64,000 nucleotides of DNA. Origin: Orbicella franksi. Lineage: Eukaryota. The notes beneath the pieces are model-generated. The model was given only the letters and a program-made list of their open reading frames with translations. It had not been told where the DNA came from and made no database searches. The position numbers were made by a program, and so were the translations under genes. The stretch lies in assembly GCA_964199315.1 (NCBI GenBank), contig OZ116699.1, positions 30,380,001 through 30,444,000 on the forward strand, in the 5' to 3' direction. Below are positions 60,801-64,000 of the stretch, in pieces (within the stretch, counting starts at the first letter, position 1; each line of letters begins with the position of its first letter).

Positions 60801-63800
60801 CAAATCTGTTATGCAGTGCTAGCTTGAATGCGTTCCTAACCTCCAGATCTTTCAGCTTGCTGACCTCAAAACGCACTCGGCCACTATCCCCCTTTCTCAC
60901 TTTGGCAATCCTTAGCCTGACTTTTGCCATCAACAGGTGGTGGTCAGACCCAACGTCTGCTCCACACATCGCGCGAACGTCCTGCAGTGAGCTCCTCCAT
61001 CTCTTGCTAAATGCCAGGTGGTCGATCTGATTCACAATACCACCATCAGGAGACCTCCATGTCCGCTTGTGACACTCCTTATGGGGGAACAGCGTTCCAC
61101 CGATTACCAGTTCATTTGCCTGACAGAAGTCCGCCCATCTCTCACCATTTTCATTCATCTCAGCTCTTGCTCCATGTTTACCCATCACCTCCTCTCTGCC
61201 TGTGTTATCCATTCCCATCTTAGCATTCATATCTCCCAGGACGATCTTCACATCTCTACATGGCACCTGCTCCAAAACCATCTGTAGCTGGTCGTAGAAA
61301 TCATCCTTCACCTCCTCCGTTGCCTCATTTGTTGGGGCATAGCATTGCAAGATGGTAACCTTCTGCCACCTCGAGTTGAACCGGGCTCTGATTATCCTCT
61401 CAGACACTAGCTCCCATTCCAGCAGACATTGTGCAGCTTCTTTGGACAGAATAAAGCCAACTCCTCTCTCATGATTTTCACCTTCATCCATTCCTGAGTA
61501 TAGCACAGTTTCGCCTGTAGCTACCCTCAACTTCCCACAAGAGTTCCATCTCATTTCACTTACTCCTAGAATACTAATACCATACCTATGCATCTCCTTG
61601 ATCACCTGTGCGCACTTACCAGTCTCAAACATTGTCCTAACATTCCATTGCCCGATCTTCACACACGCTTTTGGCGACAGCAATTTCGTCGGCGGTTTAT
61701 GCGTCATTCGCTGCTTCGCACGTTGTTCCAACCGGGTGTTAACATCTTTTACCCCTGCTTCCCGATAGGGTGCAGTGGTAGTTCTAGCTTCGGTTTCTGT
61801 AATAAATAGCATTTTCTGGGAGCGGGTTATCAGCCCGCCGCCCAACCCCCAACCTGGAGGACCAGGGGCTGTTCTTCGTCTGGCCTCTACCCTTCGACCA
61901 ATCCGGCATGGTTAGACCTGCCAGGGAACAAAGTCCCTGCCGGCACAGCTCTCCGGGTCATGGAGACACACAAGCTTCACCACCGCGGCAAGGTGTCAGC
62001 CCAAGGTGAAGTACATGTATAACAGATAAAATAAAATGTTTTAAGTTTTTAAATTTATGTGAAAATGATTACTTTTTGATAGCTGTATGAATCTTTCATT
62101 TCAGATTTGAGTGATCCATGTCAGATATCTCAGACACACATGTTGCACAGATGTAACTTGATAGCCATTGTAGGAACGGGGCCAGGGGCAAAGTTTTTCA
62201 ATGACAAAGGTGATGATTTCTTTGTATTTGGCTGTTCAACATTCTCAGAGAGGTGAACAAATTATTAAATTATTAGGGAGACAAGCAAAAGTTTAATATA
62301 GCCCAATGTATTCACTGGATTTTTCTGGGCTAATTTGTAGCTGTTCTTTCTGTTTAATATAAAATTACCAACAAATAAAAAAAAAACATTCTTAAAGCCT
62401 TGTGAAAGAAATTGAGACTCCATTCTAAGAGGCTATTGCAAAAAGAAATTCTAAATGGGTGGACTTACAAAATTGAGCTAAACTTCTGCAAGACACATCT
62501 GAATCCACCACTAATAAGCCAAAGAAGAGAAAGAATTGCTAAGATAGGGGAATGTTGACATGTCTTGTAAACTATTAGAACCTCTTCAAGTAAATTACTA
62601 ATTATTACTTTTAGCCTTACGTGAAGGTGAGTCTGATCTTCATAAATTAACTTTGGTAAACTCATTTTCCCATTTCTAGTTTATATCTGGGATGATGTTC
62701 TGAAAAAGCTTGTGATTGAACTCTCATTTGGTTGTCCTGTTGTAAGAGTCAGACTAAGAAGAGACAAGTATGTTTTCTATCATTGCATATTTTTTGTACC
62801 AATCTTATGTACATATAACACTTACCCAAGCGTAATACGAGTTTCAGATTCGGGAATATATTTAATAATATTTAAAGCATTCAAGTTTTCTTACATAAAC
62901 TTGCTAGTAACGGTCTACATGTACTTGTAATACCAATGCATTGCTTTTTTTTGTCATTTGTACCTTTAGGCTTTTTGTGGTGCTGAAAACAAGAATCCAA
63001 GTATTTTCATTTCCTAAAGATCCAAAATTGTTGTTTTACTTTGACACAAAAGAAAATCCCAAAGGTATGTTTTCTGTACTAGTAATTATTTAATCAGTAC
63101 CAAACTGAATAAAAAATAACAAGGAGAATATCAAACAAATGATAATTGTATTTAAATAATAACAGTATTTATTTAAAGTTTCTTTGTTGCTCTTGAAATC
63201 AGTTCAATACACAGGGTAATAAAATTATGTTTTATGGGTAATGTTCAATTCTAGTTATGGTTTACTGACAATCTTTGTAATATGCAGGCCTCTGTGAAGT
63301 ATGTCCAAGTACTGACAGACCCTTGATGGTTTTCCCCTCACACAAATGTGGCAGCATACAGCTTGTCGTAAGTTATCTTGGGAACTCGCAAATAATTTCC
63401 TTGTGAAGAAAGTAAATGTGATGCTCTTTAGGGGTATTTGGTTACTATAACTTCTTTCTGGCAGTTATGGATCTTTTAGTCTTGTGTTTTGTCCAGATAT
63501 TACATGTTCCTAATAGTTTAAGACTCTGGCTTTCTACCTTTTGTTCCATTTCCTCGTGGAATTTTTTTTTCTGCTCTAAAATATATTTTTGATTCTTTTC
63601 CCTTGATTTCAGAGGAAGATTGGATTATTTTATAATATAAAAATTTCACTTACCCAGTCTCAAATAAGGTTTGATTTCTAGCAATTGGGAGGGTGATCCA
63701 CATGCAAACTCTTAACAAATTATGGCTGGAGGTCAAACCTAAATTTCAGTCTAGAACCTGACAAGTACACTTTAAGTCCAGCTTAAAGTCTTAGTCCACA

Positions 63801-64000
63801 TTAATTTTTTGTGTGTGAGAATCAAAGCTGAAACCCAACTTTATTTTGACTTCCTGGTTCCTCTTCTCACTCATCAGGATCTGACAAACAGACAGCCTGA
63901 CACGTCAACTGCACCATTTACAATTAACGCACATCAAGGCGAACTAGCCTGTCTGGCCATCAACCAACAGGGTACCCAGGTTGCCACAGCTTCTGTAAAG
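57889..64000 (+). CDS. WDR45: WD repeat domain phosphoinositide-interacting protein 4 (WIPI4), exons 1-7, incomplete at window end
   Basis: join(57889..57937,58250..58324,62105..62209,62680..62767,62970..63064,63288..63367,63878..>64000): [16 protein letters not shown]|[19 protein letters not shown]...|...FDTKENPKG|LCEVCPS...[12 protein letters not shown]|DL...[11 protein letters not shown]...ATASVK. HKCGS and APFTINAHQ are WIPI4 rather than WIPI3 signatures. Confidence 0.92.
58483..58629. repeat. Short TIR MITE in WDR45 intron 2
   Basis: GGCTCCAGTTGTTCGAA...TTCAAACAACCCGGGCC termini, with internal inverted GGATAAATCAC/GTGATTTATCC. Confidence 0.7.
58727..62010 (-). mobile_element. Full-length RTE-clade LINE (3284 bp) with perfect 13-bp TSD
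   Basis: TSD GTACATGTATAAC at 58714-58726 and 62011-62023, a (TAAG)4 tail, a ~200-nt 5' UTR and a single long ORF. Confidence 0.95.
58774..61812 (-). CDS. RTE ORF: APE endonuclease + reverse transcriptase (uninterrupted)
   Basis: [27 protein letters not shown] (APE); [36 protein letters not shown] (RT). The first ATG is at 61812; the ORF-track frame opens at 61845. Confidence 0.95.
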   Translation of the reverse strand: MLFITETEARTTTAPYREAGVKDVNTRLEQRAKQRMTHKPPTKLLSPKACVKIGQWNVRTMFETGKCAQVIKEMHRYGISILGVSEMRWNSCGKLRVATGETVLYSGMDEGENHERGVGFILSKEAAQCLLEWELVSERIIRARFNSRWQKVTILQCYAPTNEATEEVKDDFYDQLQMVLEQVPCRDVKIVLGDMNAKMGMDNTGREEVMGKHGARAEMNENGERWADFCQANELVIGGTLFPHKECHKRTWRSPDGGIVNQIDHLAFSKRWRSSLQDVRAMCGADVGSDHHLLMAKVRLRIAKVRKGDSGRVRFEVSKLKDLEVRNAFKLALHNRFEGLQQLMEEEELSVDDEWRQIEQGYVETCEQVLGRAKANRKEWISKETWELIEQRKVAKNTINMARTRNQKREASKRYQELNREVKRRCRRDKRVYVEAEAERAEEAGKRGDARTLYEITRKLSGRIQNTCKPVRNEAGVLLRTAEEEMHRWREHFQTVLNHEEPINPPEVEPNDELNIRTGHVTHIEIKNAIKKLKNGKAAGCDNIPPEAIKAGGDTSEEVLLGLCNRIWNEEKIPEEWRKGLLIKLPKKGDLSYCKNWRGIMLLNMASKVFCRVILERIKIALDEKLREEQAGFRAGRSCTDQIATLRIIIEQSIEWQSSLYINFIDFEKAFDSISRDVLWRLLRHYGLPDKIVTIIRVLYEGFSTQVVHNGQKTQPLDMRTGVRQGCLLSPLLFLVALDWVTRTAFDRKRGIQWTFTTSLEDLDFADDLALLSHRIQDMRDKTRALEVQSAKVGLKINATKTKLMRIGTKRGDVVSVAGKRVEEVDEFTYLGSIVSKKGGTDEDIQARIGKARQAFAMLRPIWRSTALTTKTKLRVFGTNVKAVLLYGSETWRLTKGLEQKLQVFINKSLRNILRIWWPRKISNKDLWSQTGQRPIEEEIRQRAWGWIGHTLRKPDGHVVKRALEWNPQGKRKRGRPQNSWRRTRMAELVAKHVTWNEAKGTAQNRVRWHAS

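Noticed and set aside
58820-61809. Many short ORFs overlapping the RTE on both strands
   Set aside because: They are shadow frames of the RTE coding sequence.

Overview
Eukaryotic genomic DNA, most likely a stony coral or related cnidarian (inferred from the repeat families and gene content). The first ~28.5 kb hold a tandem array of six small 4-exon paralogues (A+, B-, C-, D+, E+, F+), largely invisible in the ORF track. They encode ~150-180 aa proteins with a UPF0547/C16orf87-type CxxC-x10-CxCGHxF zinc knuckle, a family-specific IxGKRFS-EYRAxLYxRLE block, a basic variable linker and a C-terminal ALxEINR(K/R)xxxQNLxW helix. Four of the five promoters in view carry a perfect TGACGTCA at 111-157 nt upstream of the ATG. 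Three further genes follow: a synaptotagmin-7-like gene (+, candidate GC-AG first intron), a 13-exon 357-aa orphan seven-transmembrane gene (-, reconstructed by hand) and WDR45/WIPI4 (+, runs off the window), the last two head-to-head. Mobile DNA includes an intact full-length RTE LINE with a 13-bp TSD in a WDR45 intron, a Penelope fragment with inverted arms carrying a minimal hammerhead-like motif (intact in one arm, broken in the other), nested CR1/L2 fragments, tRNA-derived SINEs and many MITEs. All gene models were built by eye from splice signals and phase continuity. No database search or folding program was run.
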